From the NCBI GenBank assembly GCA_965637545.1, contig OZ281500.1, forward strand, positions 4,340,001 to 4,404,000: 64,000 nt of DNA, given 5' to 3'. Position 1 is the first letter of the stretch. Each line of letters opens with the position of its first letter. Of the stretch, positions 45,338 through 57,200 are shown piece after piece. The DNA is from Phallusia mammillata (lineage: Eukaryota). Position numbers and translations under genes: made by a program. Under the pieces are notes generated by a model that was not told where the DNA came from, searched no databases, and saw only the letters and a list, made by a program, of their open reading frames with translations.

Positions 45338-45508
45338 CCGTGTAGCTGCAGCGCGTTTTGGCTCTCATCCACCACTTGTGCCCGACACTTTTATGCGCTC
45401 CATAACGTTTTAACGTTGCGCAGCTATTTCCGGCTTGGTGATTGTTTTAGTGCAATTGTGTCGCTATGTCGTCTTTCACCAAGCGAAATAAACTCAACTC
45501 AACTCAAC
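45338..45508 (+). mobile_element. 5'-truncated LINE/SINE 3' end with (AACTC)n tail
   Basis: Ends AAATAAACTCAACTCAACTCAACTC; flanked by TCAACTA at 45331-45337 and 45509-45515; absent in unit 1. Confidence 0.55.
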
Positions 45509-48500
45509 TCAACTATTAGAAGTCCATGGGACACTTTTTGATTGCCTAGCTAAATTTTATTGTCAACATGTTTTGGTTATTTCTTAATCAAACCGTGTTA
45601 CACTATGTATGATATCGAACTATTTTTTTTCTATATTTCAACGAAAGTTTTGTAAAAGAGCCTTTTTACGCCAATTGAAGGTCTGAGATAAAATCCAGAC
45701 AATTAAAACGTTGCATAGAACTTGTACTATACTTTCAACGTTGTCTTGCAAACAAGAACGACCACTACATCTGAGAATTAGGTTGGATTGACCCCGAAGG
45801 CATAAAACAGCAGTTGTTGATCGTTGTGAAATATTTATTTACCCGTACTGTGGTGCAAGCATTGTGTTGTGTTGCGGATCATATGACTCGCTAAGGTTAA
45901 CCATTGACGTTTTCTCTGCAGCGCTGCAACGATTTGCCGGTTCCGTGGTTTGAGATAGCGACCAGCAAGGAAGTGTGGGCCATTTCTATTGCGCATTTCT
46001 GCAATAACTGGGGATTCTACACCATTCTAACTTGTCTGCCACTGTACCTAAAGGAGGTGCAACAGTTTGATATAACACAGGTGAATATTCGAGTACACCT
46101 TTGGGGTTTTGTTGAACTTTTAGTCAAAACTTTATTTAGGTTTCGTATTGGGGTTTGCCGTTACTGTACACTGTACAGTTTAAGAAACGACTAGATTTGC
46201 ACCGAAGCAAAAAAATGTAAAAAAATGTTATACCTTATTTGTTTCATCAGACCTGAGATACACATCATCAAATGCACTGGCTGGTGTCTGAAATATGCAA
46301 ATTTAAAAAGTTTTAGGTGTTTTTTTTTAATGAACTCATCTTTGTGTCATCCGTATTTACCCCTTGGAAAGCCTTTTGTAACTGTAGATTTCCCCATACA
46401 CGCATGGCACACGTTTGTCTGGCTCGTTGTGTTAAATGCGACCTGCAAAAAATCAATTTATCACAGCCACCCTGAATGCCACGTATGTAGCAGATTGATG
46501 GATATTATCAATCACATACTTAGATTTTTCCAGACATATGTAATATTTTTGTGCACCCAGTGTCCTGAAGATATGGTTATTGTTAACTACAAGAAAGTGC
46601 GATTTTTAGGCCCTAATATATTTGTTGTAAGCGCATAACCTATGCACAGTGCCACAAACAATAACCATGACAAGAGTGTTTTACCAAACACATATCATTT
46701 GACTGCGAAACGACTTGTAACTGTGCATCATATTGTCATATTGCAACATTATTTTTAGCTCTTTTCGTGTTGTCCAGTATTTTATTATTCTTATTGAGTT
46801 GATCTTTTTTCACAGAATGGCTTTATATCTGCACTTCCTTATTTGATTATGTTCTATTAATCTGAGCGGACTTCTTGCCGACACTTTGCGTGAAAAAGGA
46901 GTTTTCACAACCACACAAACGCGAAAAATATGTAACTCTATAGGTAAATTGTTGGTGGTTCGAATCCCACCAAGGCTATACTGGGCGAAGTATTCTTTAG
47001 TACAATTTGCGGAATAACCGCGGAATTATATTTTGTGGAACGCCTATCATCCCGTACTACTTAAAGTAACAATAAATCTGCAAGGGTGCTTTGTTTTTTA
47101 AAACTGAATTCTCAATTTTGCCGTTTGAAAAACGACCGATATAGCATGACGATACGTATACGTTTATGGTTCTTGAGGACTTTGTTTAATAGTTATGTTC
47201 GTTAAATATAAGCTAAAATACCCTTTCTCCGCTGTTTTGTTGGGTGCAAATTCTAATTTTGAAGTAAGTACAATTTTTATAAAATTAAAATAACATTCAT
47301 GTTTAATTTTTAAAAGGGCCAGCAGATTTGATTTTGTTAAAAAACAGCGTTGCTTTAAAACAGTTCTGTGGTATACAAGATACAAAAAGGCAAACGATTT
47401 AACCTTTTTCTTGTTTCAACAGCTTTTATAGGCCCAGCTATATTTTTCGTGGTAGCGGGCCACGTTGGATGCGATCAGATAGTAGCTGTCAGTTGTATCT
47501 GTCTTGGCACAGCTTTCAACGGGTTTTCGTTTCCCGGTTTTAACACCAACCATATTGACATTGCATCAAGGTGGGCCGTAGCATTTCTGTGTATTTTTCT
47601 GACATGAAACCGTGTGAATTAACGTTACATCAATTAAAGAAGTGTCCAAAGGCTTTTGAACTGTTTTGTCCCTGTTTTTAAATGCGTTTGTTTTCTCGTA
47701 ATTAGACCTGTCTTTAAAACCGAAAAATTCCCTTTTCGCATTTTATGAACCTTCCAAAAAACATTGAACTTTTGGTCGCAATATGAACTTTGATGTAGTT
47801 GTGTTAAAATATTATTTTACCCATTTACGGTTTTCTGTTTTCTTTTAAATGACTACATCGACGTTTTCAATTATTTTTTACATTTTCGATTACAGTTTAC
47901 CAATTTAGGAGAATTTCGTAACAAACTCATCATACGAAATTCATGAGACCCGATACAAATTGTTACGTTTTGCAGAGTAAGATTTTACTTTAGTGCTGCG
48001 CGGCTAACGGCTTATTATACTTACGCAGATACGCGGGCATTTTAATGGGAATCGCTAACAGCTGGATTCCTGGATTTGTGACTCCAATTGTTGTGGGTGC
48101 CCTTACTGAAACTAATGTAAGTGTTAGAAGCTTATATCTTATGTGATTTAAAAAATACTGTGTTGCGTTTGCGAAACGTAGTTTAACATATATTATTCTA
48201 TCTATAACAATATAATTCAACATACTGGTAACAGTGATGTTTTTTTTCAAATATTTTTTACCTTTTGGGTTGAATTTTAGTTGTTGCTTACATTGTTAAA
48301 ATAAGTCTTCTTAATTTTTGCTTTTTAAAAAGCGTAAATTATACCCCTACATCTACGGGGTCTTTTCACGCGCTCAAAAGTTCGTTTTCGTGGTTTAAAA
48401 GATTCGTTCGTAAAGCATTATCAAAGAAAAAGCGACCGAAAACGTTTCCGGGCGGCTTAAAAATTAACCCCGATTTTCCTTTAACCTTACCGGCGTCTTA

Positions 48501-48709
48501 TTAAGCCGAGTCGTACGCAGTGGCTGTATGTCTTCTACATCGTTGCCGGCGTGTATATAATCGGTACAGTGCTATACGTGATTCTGGGCAGTGGCGTGGA
48601 ACAGAAATGGAATAAAGTGACTTACAACAAGCAAGGTGACGAGGGAAAGCCCCTACTGGACGACGAAAGCGACAGTGGATATATTCAAGAAAATAAAAAT
48701 GAAAACATT

Positions 48710-49250
48710 GGCGCCGAGTAGGCAGTGGCGGGGTGGCGCCGCCACCTTGGGTTTTTTGAAAGCACGGTGGCGGCCACCGTGGATATTTTGGGTAGTTTGT
48801 TGCTGTAACGTACGAACTATAGTCAAATCGAATAAAAATTTAGAAATATTTTGCTTTCAAACAAACGTGCTGGCGATACAGCAACAAAGCGTCCCTGAAA
48901 ACTGCAAACAGTTTTGGTTATTGCCTTGTTTATGGCGTCAAACACACAATTGTCTGCCAGTGAATGTTGGGCTATGGTTGTGTGCAAATGTGTTGTAATA
49001 AATAGTTAAACTGGACGAAACATTTTTTAAACGTTGCTAAGCCAACGATAAACGTTACAGCAACGTGTTAAAATTGCCAACTAAACATCATTTCAAACAT
49101 ATTTTTTTCTGATTTTGACGAACGTTGCATTCTATGCAAAGTTTGTTTGGCTTTGAATTTGAGTTCGTATAGTTGCACGCCTCAGTGACGTCACATAAAG
49201 TGACGTCGTTTTTATGTCCGCCACCTTGCATTTTTGTAAAACTCGGGGCC
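48710..49250. mobile_element. Non-autonomous TIR element, 541 bp, inserted in the last exon of the pseudogene
   Basis: Termini GGCGCCGAGT / ACTCGGGGCC (9 of 10 complementary); internal CCGCCACCTTG repeats; homology to unit 1 resumes after 49255. TSD not clean. Confidence 0.65.
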
Positions 49251-50656
49251 TATTATTGGAAAGCTTCATCGAAAATGCATGTTGTCTGTGTGGTTTGGTT
49301 TGTATGCAACAGGTCAAATCATAAAAAAACTACGCTTCTGGCGGAGATTCGACCACAATGTAATTTTCTGAAAACTATGACAGTGCCCCGAACTTTTGTT
49401 CCGTCTAGGCCAGTTTTTCTCAATCTTGTTTTGTTTTGACTGTATTGCCTCTGCATCCATGCAATACTGACGAAACCGTACTAACCTTCCCCGTTGTGAG
49501 TCCGCGAACCATTGGGCCACGCTAATCGGTTTGTTTCTGCTTTTTCGTAAAACTGTTTTCACACACTTTAGCATGTATGTTGCAGGTGGTTGACAAAGTC
49601 TTTGAAAAGCATCATAGATGCAGCCTTGTGTTCCATGAGTTACACTTTTACTGATTTGCTTTTAAAACGTTAACACCTCGTATTTCTGGTGTTTCAAGCA
49701 AATTATGTATCTTATAGTACCAAGCGATGTTTGTTATTGCATTTTCTGTCATGATAAGCAATATTGTTTAGCAAATTTTGCTAAGCGATGTTGTTTTTTG
49801 GTACCTTTTTCTTTCACTTGTGCAATAGACTCAATAAAAGAATTTCCAAGGCAGAAAAGTTTCACGTTTATACCAGTAGTGAGTCAAAACAAAAACTAAG
49901 TTTTAAAACGAGATTTTGTCCTGTGATGGATATACCAAATGACAAACATTGCAGGCCTCCTAGTTCCAAGGGCATTTTCCGCTAAGCAATTGCTAAACCG
50001 ACAGTGTTTTTTTCTTACTAACAGTGTTTTATTTATGCTACCTAAATTTATGTTGTTAATGTTACGAACAAGTTTAAATATCAATTTACAAGCCGGGTTG
50101 GGTAAGCCAAGGGTTCCTTCTATAACCTGTGATCTTTCAAAAAAGTCAGTCTAAAACACATGGACCAAGCATAATTAATACTAAAACTTTTTTATTTTTT
50201 TATTTTCATGCCAACATGAAGTTTCTTCAGTGTTTAACCTGCTTCACAATATGATTAGTTGCAATAAAACAGATTTGTTTGGAACGAAAATTTGACAGTT
50301 ACAAAAGAGTAATCAAATTTTGTTTGCGTAAGACACATTTTGCCCAATAGATTAGTTGAAAAATTTGCGGTCAAAATTCAGTGTAAAGACGTCGTAAAAA
50401 GAAATACAGTGAATATGCTACGAAGATAGTTTGTTCGATTTATTTATGTTTGTGTTCGTAACAAAACGTCCATTAAAACTGTTTTGGCGAATATTTAAAA
50501 TGTCTTGTTTCGGTTGCAAAAAGACAAAACTACAAAGTGAAAACTATTCGCTCTTCAACATTCGTCTTTTCGTGTATATAACGTATACACGGGTGTTATT
50601 TGTTGAGATCCAAAAACACCTGCTGCTTTTCGTAAGTTGGTTAAGTTCACAATAAC

Positions 50657-50659
<3 letters not shown>

Positions 50660-50716
<57 letters not shown>
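50660..50716. repeat. (TA)n microsatellite, about 28 units
   Basis: Direct reading of the sequence. Confidence 0.98.
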
Positions 50717-50725
<9 letters not shown>

Positions 50726-50905
50726 ATCCCTAATCCATTGAATAAACCGCACTAATGGAACCGAATGGACTTTTTTCAGGCGTTGATAAAATATATCAAC
50801 GAAATTGAACTTCTCATGGAAAGCCTTTGTTCTTGCGTAATTATTTTTCGTTATATCCCGCTGCCCTTGTACATTTTCGCTTGTGTGCTCGCAATACATT
50901 TTTCA

Positions 50906-50951
50906 TTGCTCTGAAGAAGCCCGACCGTTCTGGTAGGCGAAACGTCAGCAA
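50906..50951 (+). ncRNA. Minimal type I hammerhead ribozyme of the Penelope-like element type
   Basis: TTGCT-CTGAAGA-A-GCC(cg)ACC(gttct)GGT(a)GGC-GAAA-CG-TC-AGCAA. 5-bp stem I, intact core with one extra A, interrupted stem II, palindromic ACGT in place of stem III, predicted cleavage after C50946. Confidence 0.7.
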
Positions 50952-51264
50952 AACTACAAGTTCTTGAAACTACAACTAGTATTTTGTTTAGCATTACACC
51001 AGTTGAACGACAAATTTGTTAAACGTATATTGCAGTTGTTATCGTTGCAAACAGAAAACATTTCGTTCTACGTATAGGCCTATGCGTGCGAAAGGTTTGG
51101 GTGTAAATTCAATTAATCTCATATGTTCTCATAAACGAAGAAAAAATAGTTGAGAAAATCTGCTCAAAAAAACTTACCAAAAAAACGAAATAAGTAACAC
51201 TTTTATCTATTCTACAGTGTATATAATAATTATAGTCCTAAAATAGCTCTGTGATATCGTCAAA

Positions 51265-54200
51265 TCAAAGTGGCGTAACCTCGGGCTCGCTGATGCCCGA
51301 ATCACGATCGTCTGTTACATAAGCAACGTTGGTGTTTCCGTTTTCTTTGATTTCTAACTCCTTGACATCCACCCAATCGTTCTCGGTCTTGCCTGTGTTT
51401 TTTCCCGACTCTTTCTCGTCTCTGTATTTGTCATAGGGCACGCCGCACCATAAAAATCTTCGAACCTTCTCAGGAAGCCACTTGAAGATTGGATGATCGA
51501 AAAATGGGATGGTGACACCAGCCGGTAACTCACTGGGACGTTGGTAACCTGTTTGGGCAATTTGTAAGTTTGTTTTTTGGTTTGTTTAAAATGTTAATGT
51601 TATTCAACCCGACAGTGCAGTTGTGTTTTTGATTAAGGGTCATGTGTTAATTGACACATGGTAATAAGTGTAGAGATGGTAGTATTTTGCATACAAGTCC
51701 CCGCACCTAAACACCTACATACATATTTTATATTACCCCAAGAAAATTACCACTTCGAAAGTCATTTTTTGCCTGTTATTTAAAAAGCAAAAGTTTAGGA
51801 TTGTAAGTTATTAGTAGCTTATTTTCACTATTTTTTTCCTACCAATTGTAAAACTTATTTTTATAATCTTATGATTCCATTTAATTACAGCATAACCAGT
51901 ACATATCCCGTTACTTTATCTACTTTGCCAAGTTCTTCCTTAAGTACGTGCCTCAAAACCCATGGCCAACCACAACAAAAATCCTTACATAAAGTCCAAC
52001 TTAAACGATGCAACTCGGCGTTAATAAGATAAATAGCATTGCAATGGTCACCTGTTAGAAACGAAACGATGTGTCCAACAATCATTGCGACGACAAATCC
52101 AAAAACTCCGTAATACGCGTAGGAAAGAGAATACATTTCTGCAATCGGTGGTCTGTATGCTTCCGTCGTGGTTTGCAATGCATCTGTACATCAGGCGCGA
52201 GTTTGGTTAATATGTCAGTTTCATGACGTCATTGTTATCGAAATGAAGTCATAAAATGTATTTTTTAGAGAAAGTGCCTATTTAAAATATGCCTGATTTA
52301 AGAACATGCTAAATAACAAAATTGTGTTTTTTTTCTATATCGTCATATTTGATGACGTCATTATTCATTGACTTGTGTTGCCCTTGAAAAAAAGACATAA
52401 AAAAGCTATTTAATAACTAAACAAAACTCAGTGGTCGACCCGCTTTTTATAAGTTCCAGCAAAACGATGTTACCTGTAGTGAAAACATCAGGACCAACAG
52501 TTGTGTTCGGAAATACGCATTCCACTGTACTGCGTTCCAGCACCCGAAGGTATTTATTGGTCGGCGGATAAACTGTGCTTCCTATATAACACCAAACTGA
52601 TACTGATAGTCCGCTTACAACGCCAGTGAAAGCTCCCTAAAAATGCAAGGCAATAAATAGTCAATAATTGATCCAATACCGTATTTACTCGATCGTAAGC
52701 CGCAGCTTATAAAATTTTTACCTCACCGCTTTTGCGGCTTACATTTTTATGTCGTACTGTATTTACACGATTGTAAGCCGCGGCTTATATTTTTTTTACG
52801 CTACAGTTTGTGCAGTTTACGATCGAGGGCGACTTAGATTGTTTTTTAAGGCACCTTAACGTATGGCTTACAGTCGAGGGCGGCTTACAATCAAGTAAAT
52901 GCGGTTCAAAAAATAACCAATTTTTTGCTTATTGACTTCACACGTCAACATACGCTCTGCTGGGTAAAAATATTTGCGTGAGTTACAATTGTTGACAAAT
53001 TGTTATGCTGTAGGGCAGGTGTGGCCAACACGTTGATCGCGATCGACTGGTCGATCGTCTGCTTATGACTGGTGGATCGCACTAAATTATCCACAACTAA
53101 TCAAAAGCGTATTCATTTGAAATCAATTTTAAAATTAAATAATACCACACAGCACTTCTTACGGCAGGGCTCAATAATAATGTAAACATCACTTCTTTGG
53201 TATGTAACAGCTGTGATTTTGGCATCAAATTATGTCGTAACAAATACAATGTTTGTCGTAACAAACAGAGTGTTTGCGTTAATGAAGCAGATGCAATTGA
53301 TTAAGGAAACGCAAAAGTTAAAGCATTTTACAGTTAAGGCTGTCTTTGACAGGATACACGCCTGATTATGAAAAGTTGGTAAACCATGTGATGACTTAAA
53401 CATCCCACTGACTACTTTGATAAAAAATGTAGCCTACACATGCGACTTTTTATTGTCACAAGAACCAAATGATGCTTGACTTGACAATAAAACTCGAATA
53501 TAAATATATGGTAATTGTCAATCAAATCTCATGCTGAAATTTACGTTATTGTTTTGTGTTAGTTGCAGTCTAAATTACCACAAATCAGTCGATCGTGTAC
53601 AATTAAGAAAATTTTTGTCGATCTCAACGACTAACAAGTTGGCCACCCCTGCTGTAGGGCGATAACATAAAAAAGTGCGATTAAACAATACCTTACATCG
53701 CTAAATACGGCTTACAATCGAGGGCGGCATACATTAATTTCAGCCCACTGAAAATATATTAAAGTTATCAACTCCCTTAGTCACAAAAGGAAATAAAAAA
53801 TGAATTAATTGCGGACTTAAGCATGGCACATTTAAGTTTTCTTTGGATAAAATGAAATACAAAAAACTTTAGGCGATTTTGTTCTATTTTTTTATTCGTT
53901 CCATAGTAGCATCCAAATGAAAGTTCTGCTATATTGTTCTTCGGCTCTTAAACTATTTCGCACTCGTATAACTCACCCATGAATTGCACCACGGAAAAGC
54001 CCAAGCCATCGTAAAGAGCGCAACGATAGGTCCAGATATCATTGAGTTGATGCTAAGTGCAGCGTTAAGAATTCCACCTAGATTCGACCCCAGGGCCGCC
54101 ATAGCTAAGCAGCATCCGCCAAAGAAAACAACCAGAATCTGTCTCAGATAAAGTTTATAATTGAAAATTTCTGACTATAAGTTGTGACAGTGCTATATGC

Positions 54201-57200
54201 ATGCTATCGAAATGGACCCCAAACTAACAACAACTGAGCAATTTAATCTTCATAGCCGAAACTTATAAACTTATTAAAAGTAATAATTTTGTACCTTAGA
54301 AATCCATACTGCTTGTGTCTGTGTTAACTTCTTATGGGGTTTTATAAAGTCTTCCAAAGTAACTGTGGCCATTGCGTTGATCCCAGACGATACGGTGCTG
54401 ACAAAAAAATTATCTATTTTTTTGCAACAAATAAGCTATGAGTTTGCATCAAATCACTGAGATTTTCTGATCAACAGGGATGTTTTGTATAGATATATCG
54501 ACCATTTAAGCACACTGATGATTAAGTAATTTGGCAACAAACGTAATTAAAAAAACATGTTTACTCCACGGAAACTATAACGTAAACATTTTTTCCATCA
54601 AAAAAAAGTTTAGTTACCCCTTTCCACTGATATATATATATCGGACCCAATGTTACCAAAAAAATTGTCTCGACTTAATATAAATAAGTTTTCCGTACAG
54701 ACTAGGAATAGAGCGCAAAAATAGGAAAACAAGTCTTTTCTAACACAGTTTTACCTTAATGTGCCACTAAACGCGCTGCACAAATAAACGCCTGGAAGCC
54801 CAGGAAAAGCATAGAGAACGTCCATAACAAAGTAAGGCATCAGTTGATCGGTCGCTGACACCCACCCAGCATCGTACGGGTCGCAGTTCACGTAATAAGC
54901 GAACATTGTTAGACCTGACAAACCGGCCAACACCATAATGGTACACATTCCAAATGCGTTCATGTAGACTGATCTAAGTAAAATAGAGCACAGAAATTAG
55001 TACTTGTAGATTGCGTGCTTGTGCTATAAGATCTAGCTTTCTTGCATCAGAATCACAAGTGGCACTAAACCAGTATCTTATACTCAAAATCCGTGCTGCA
55101 TAAACAGGTGTTATCCCAACACTATGTAAGGATAGACGCGAAAAGCGACACGTTTTATTTTTCAAAAGTTTCTGCAAATGCTCATGGTATCACCAGTGAT
55201 ATATGAAGGTGTTATCTCAACTTGAAAACGAGCAGGTAAAGAGTTTACAAATTTGGCCTTGGGAACGGACCATTGCACGTTTGTTGTTAAGACATGGTCA
55301 GTAAACGTAGTTTTATTCGTAGATTCTTTAGTACATGTAGTAGGTAATGGGATTGGTGGTGATTATATTTGGAATTAGCGGAAAAGAAGCCACTATAGCA
55401 TAGATAAAGGAATAGGCACGTAATAAATAGTGCAGCTATAATATCTGTCAATTAGTCGTACAATTTTGCCTTAACTATATAATGCAATAGAAATAACGAA
55501 GTTTACTTACGCTTTTGCGTGACGCTCAGATTTGCAACACAGGTATCTTTGCACTACGGTCTGCGTGGTACAATACGTCCCCACCCATGTCATGGTTCCC
55601 CCCACAAGAATTGACCAAAACGTGTGTCGAATACGAGGGTCGCCTTCAAAGCTGCAATGATAAATATTATTGTACACATTGGAACTTTCGATTTTTTTCG
55701 GTTAAAAAGTTGTTTGCAAATTTTGAACCGAATTCTGTTTCAACCCCAAAAGCAGTTTTATTTCATTAAACAAAAAACCATAGATGCTGTCATCGACCTT
55801 TTTACCCTTATGAGGTTACCAGACCCACTCCTACGATCTTGAAACCACTTTAAAAGAAAACCATTACATTTTTGATATTTTAAAGGTGTTTTCTGTTTTT
55901 TTTTTAACTTTGCATGATTTGAAACTACAGGTATTTGTGCAAGATAATTAACTTCAAGTGTATCGTAAATATAACTTCAGCATGACTTGCAATTTAGTAA
56001 TTTATCGAAAAATGTTTAAACATTGCTTCCGGAAGTAAACTTGCACACCTTTACTTCACCATGTCTGCATTGAAAGTTTTTATACCTCGCCCGAAAACCA
56101 AATACAAACTCAAAGAACACAATGCAAGCAGAACCCAAAAGAAAAATCGACTTACTGAACAAAATCAATACGCCCTCGTGAGTTCGCAATTTTCCATACA
56201 TTTTCTATCCCTCCCAGTACAATGCATCCTTGTATAATAACAGCAATGAATCCCACGGCCATGACGATGCATTGAAAGACGTCAGTCCATATTACCGCCT
56301 TCAGCCCTCCCAGTGTTGTGTAAAACGTGCACACCACACCCGTGACGGCAATAGACGTCCATAAATCCAAACCAGTCACTAAAAAACAACAGCAAAAATG
56401 TTATGCAATTTTTTATTGTTTCCAAGTAATGTCAATTGTCGGTATTATTAAAGCAATGGTTTTGACGACATGCGTGTTTAACGTAATGTAAGAATCCTGT
56501 ATAGTTTACAGGGTATACGATGGTAGGACACAGGTTTAAAGACATAAAATCGAATTCTATTACCTTCATTGAGTGCCAGGGCTGGTGCATAGATAACAAT
56601 TCCAATATAAATCACTTGGTTAATGATGAAAATGGTCGTGGCCATCACACGAATATATTTACTGAATCGAAGTTCAAGATACTGAAAAATCAAACAAAAA
56701 TATTTAAGTGGTTAATCAAAATAGGGGCAAAACACCAGGGGCAAAACACCGCCAATTCATAAGATCAACGGCAAACTAGAACCCTACAGTTGTATAGATT
56801 TCCGCCTAAATCAAAAGAACCTTATAATTAACCCAATTTTTATTGTCCCCTTGCAGATGAATTTTATTCAATTCCTATTTAAATAAAAAGCAATATTACC
56901 AATTACGACGTCACAGAAGAATAACATCGCAAAACTGTAATGTAGTTACCCCCCGAAAAAAGTACCCTTTTCTGGGATAATTACCCACAAGTTGAAAACC
57001 AGTGGCGTGAAAAAAATTCTTGTTTCTTTTGCATTATAGTAGGGGTACATTATTCTTTGCAATCAACGTTTTTTTGTGTTATAGTCCACTAAACCCTGTT
57101 TAATACTTGACAGCTGTGAATTGTACACGCCAGACAAAAAGAGGAGTATATCGAATCAAGTTCGACATGCAAAGAATTTGAGTGGAATCACAAAAGGCAG

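Larger units (their letters stand above)
38691..48721 (+). pseudogene. Sialin-like (SLC17A5) duplicate, pseudogene
   Basis: Exon homologues at 38691-38787, 41730-41914, 42600-42703, exon 4 remnant about 42843-42878, 44141-44324, 45922-46080, 46816-46943, 47423-47570, 48029-48116, 48506-48721. Lesions: 5' part and acceptor of exon 4 deleted; exon 6 absent; 5-nt deletion in exon 8 giving an immediate TAA; 6-nt deletion in exon 10; C-terminus replaced by an insertion. Confidence 0.9.
35877..49833 (+). repeat. Tandem segmental duplication, unit 2 (contains the pseudogene)
   Basis: Collinear with 22344-35876 apart from insertions and deletions; see unit 1. Confidence 0.85.

Noticed and set aside
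22344-49833. Idea that the two sialin copies are mis-assembled alleles
   Set aside because: Multiple inactivating lesions, strong intron divergence and a junction with a templated repeat favour a true duplication; spanning reads would be needed to exclude it fully.
50555-50899. 114-codon ORF with a YIYIYI run
   Set aside because: Artefact of the (TA)n microsatellite.
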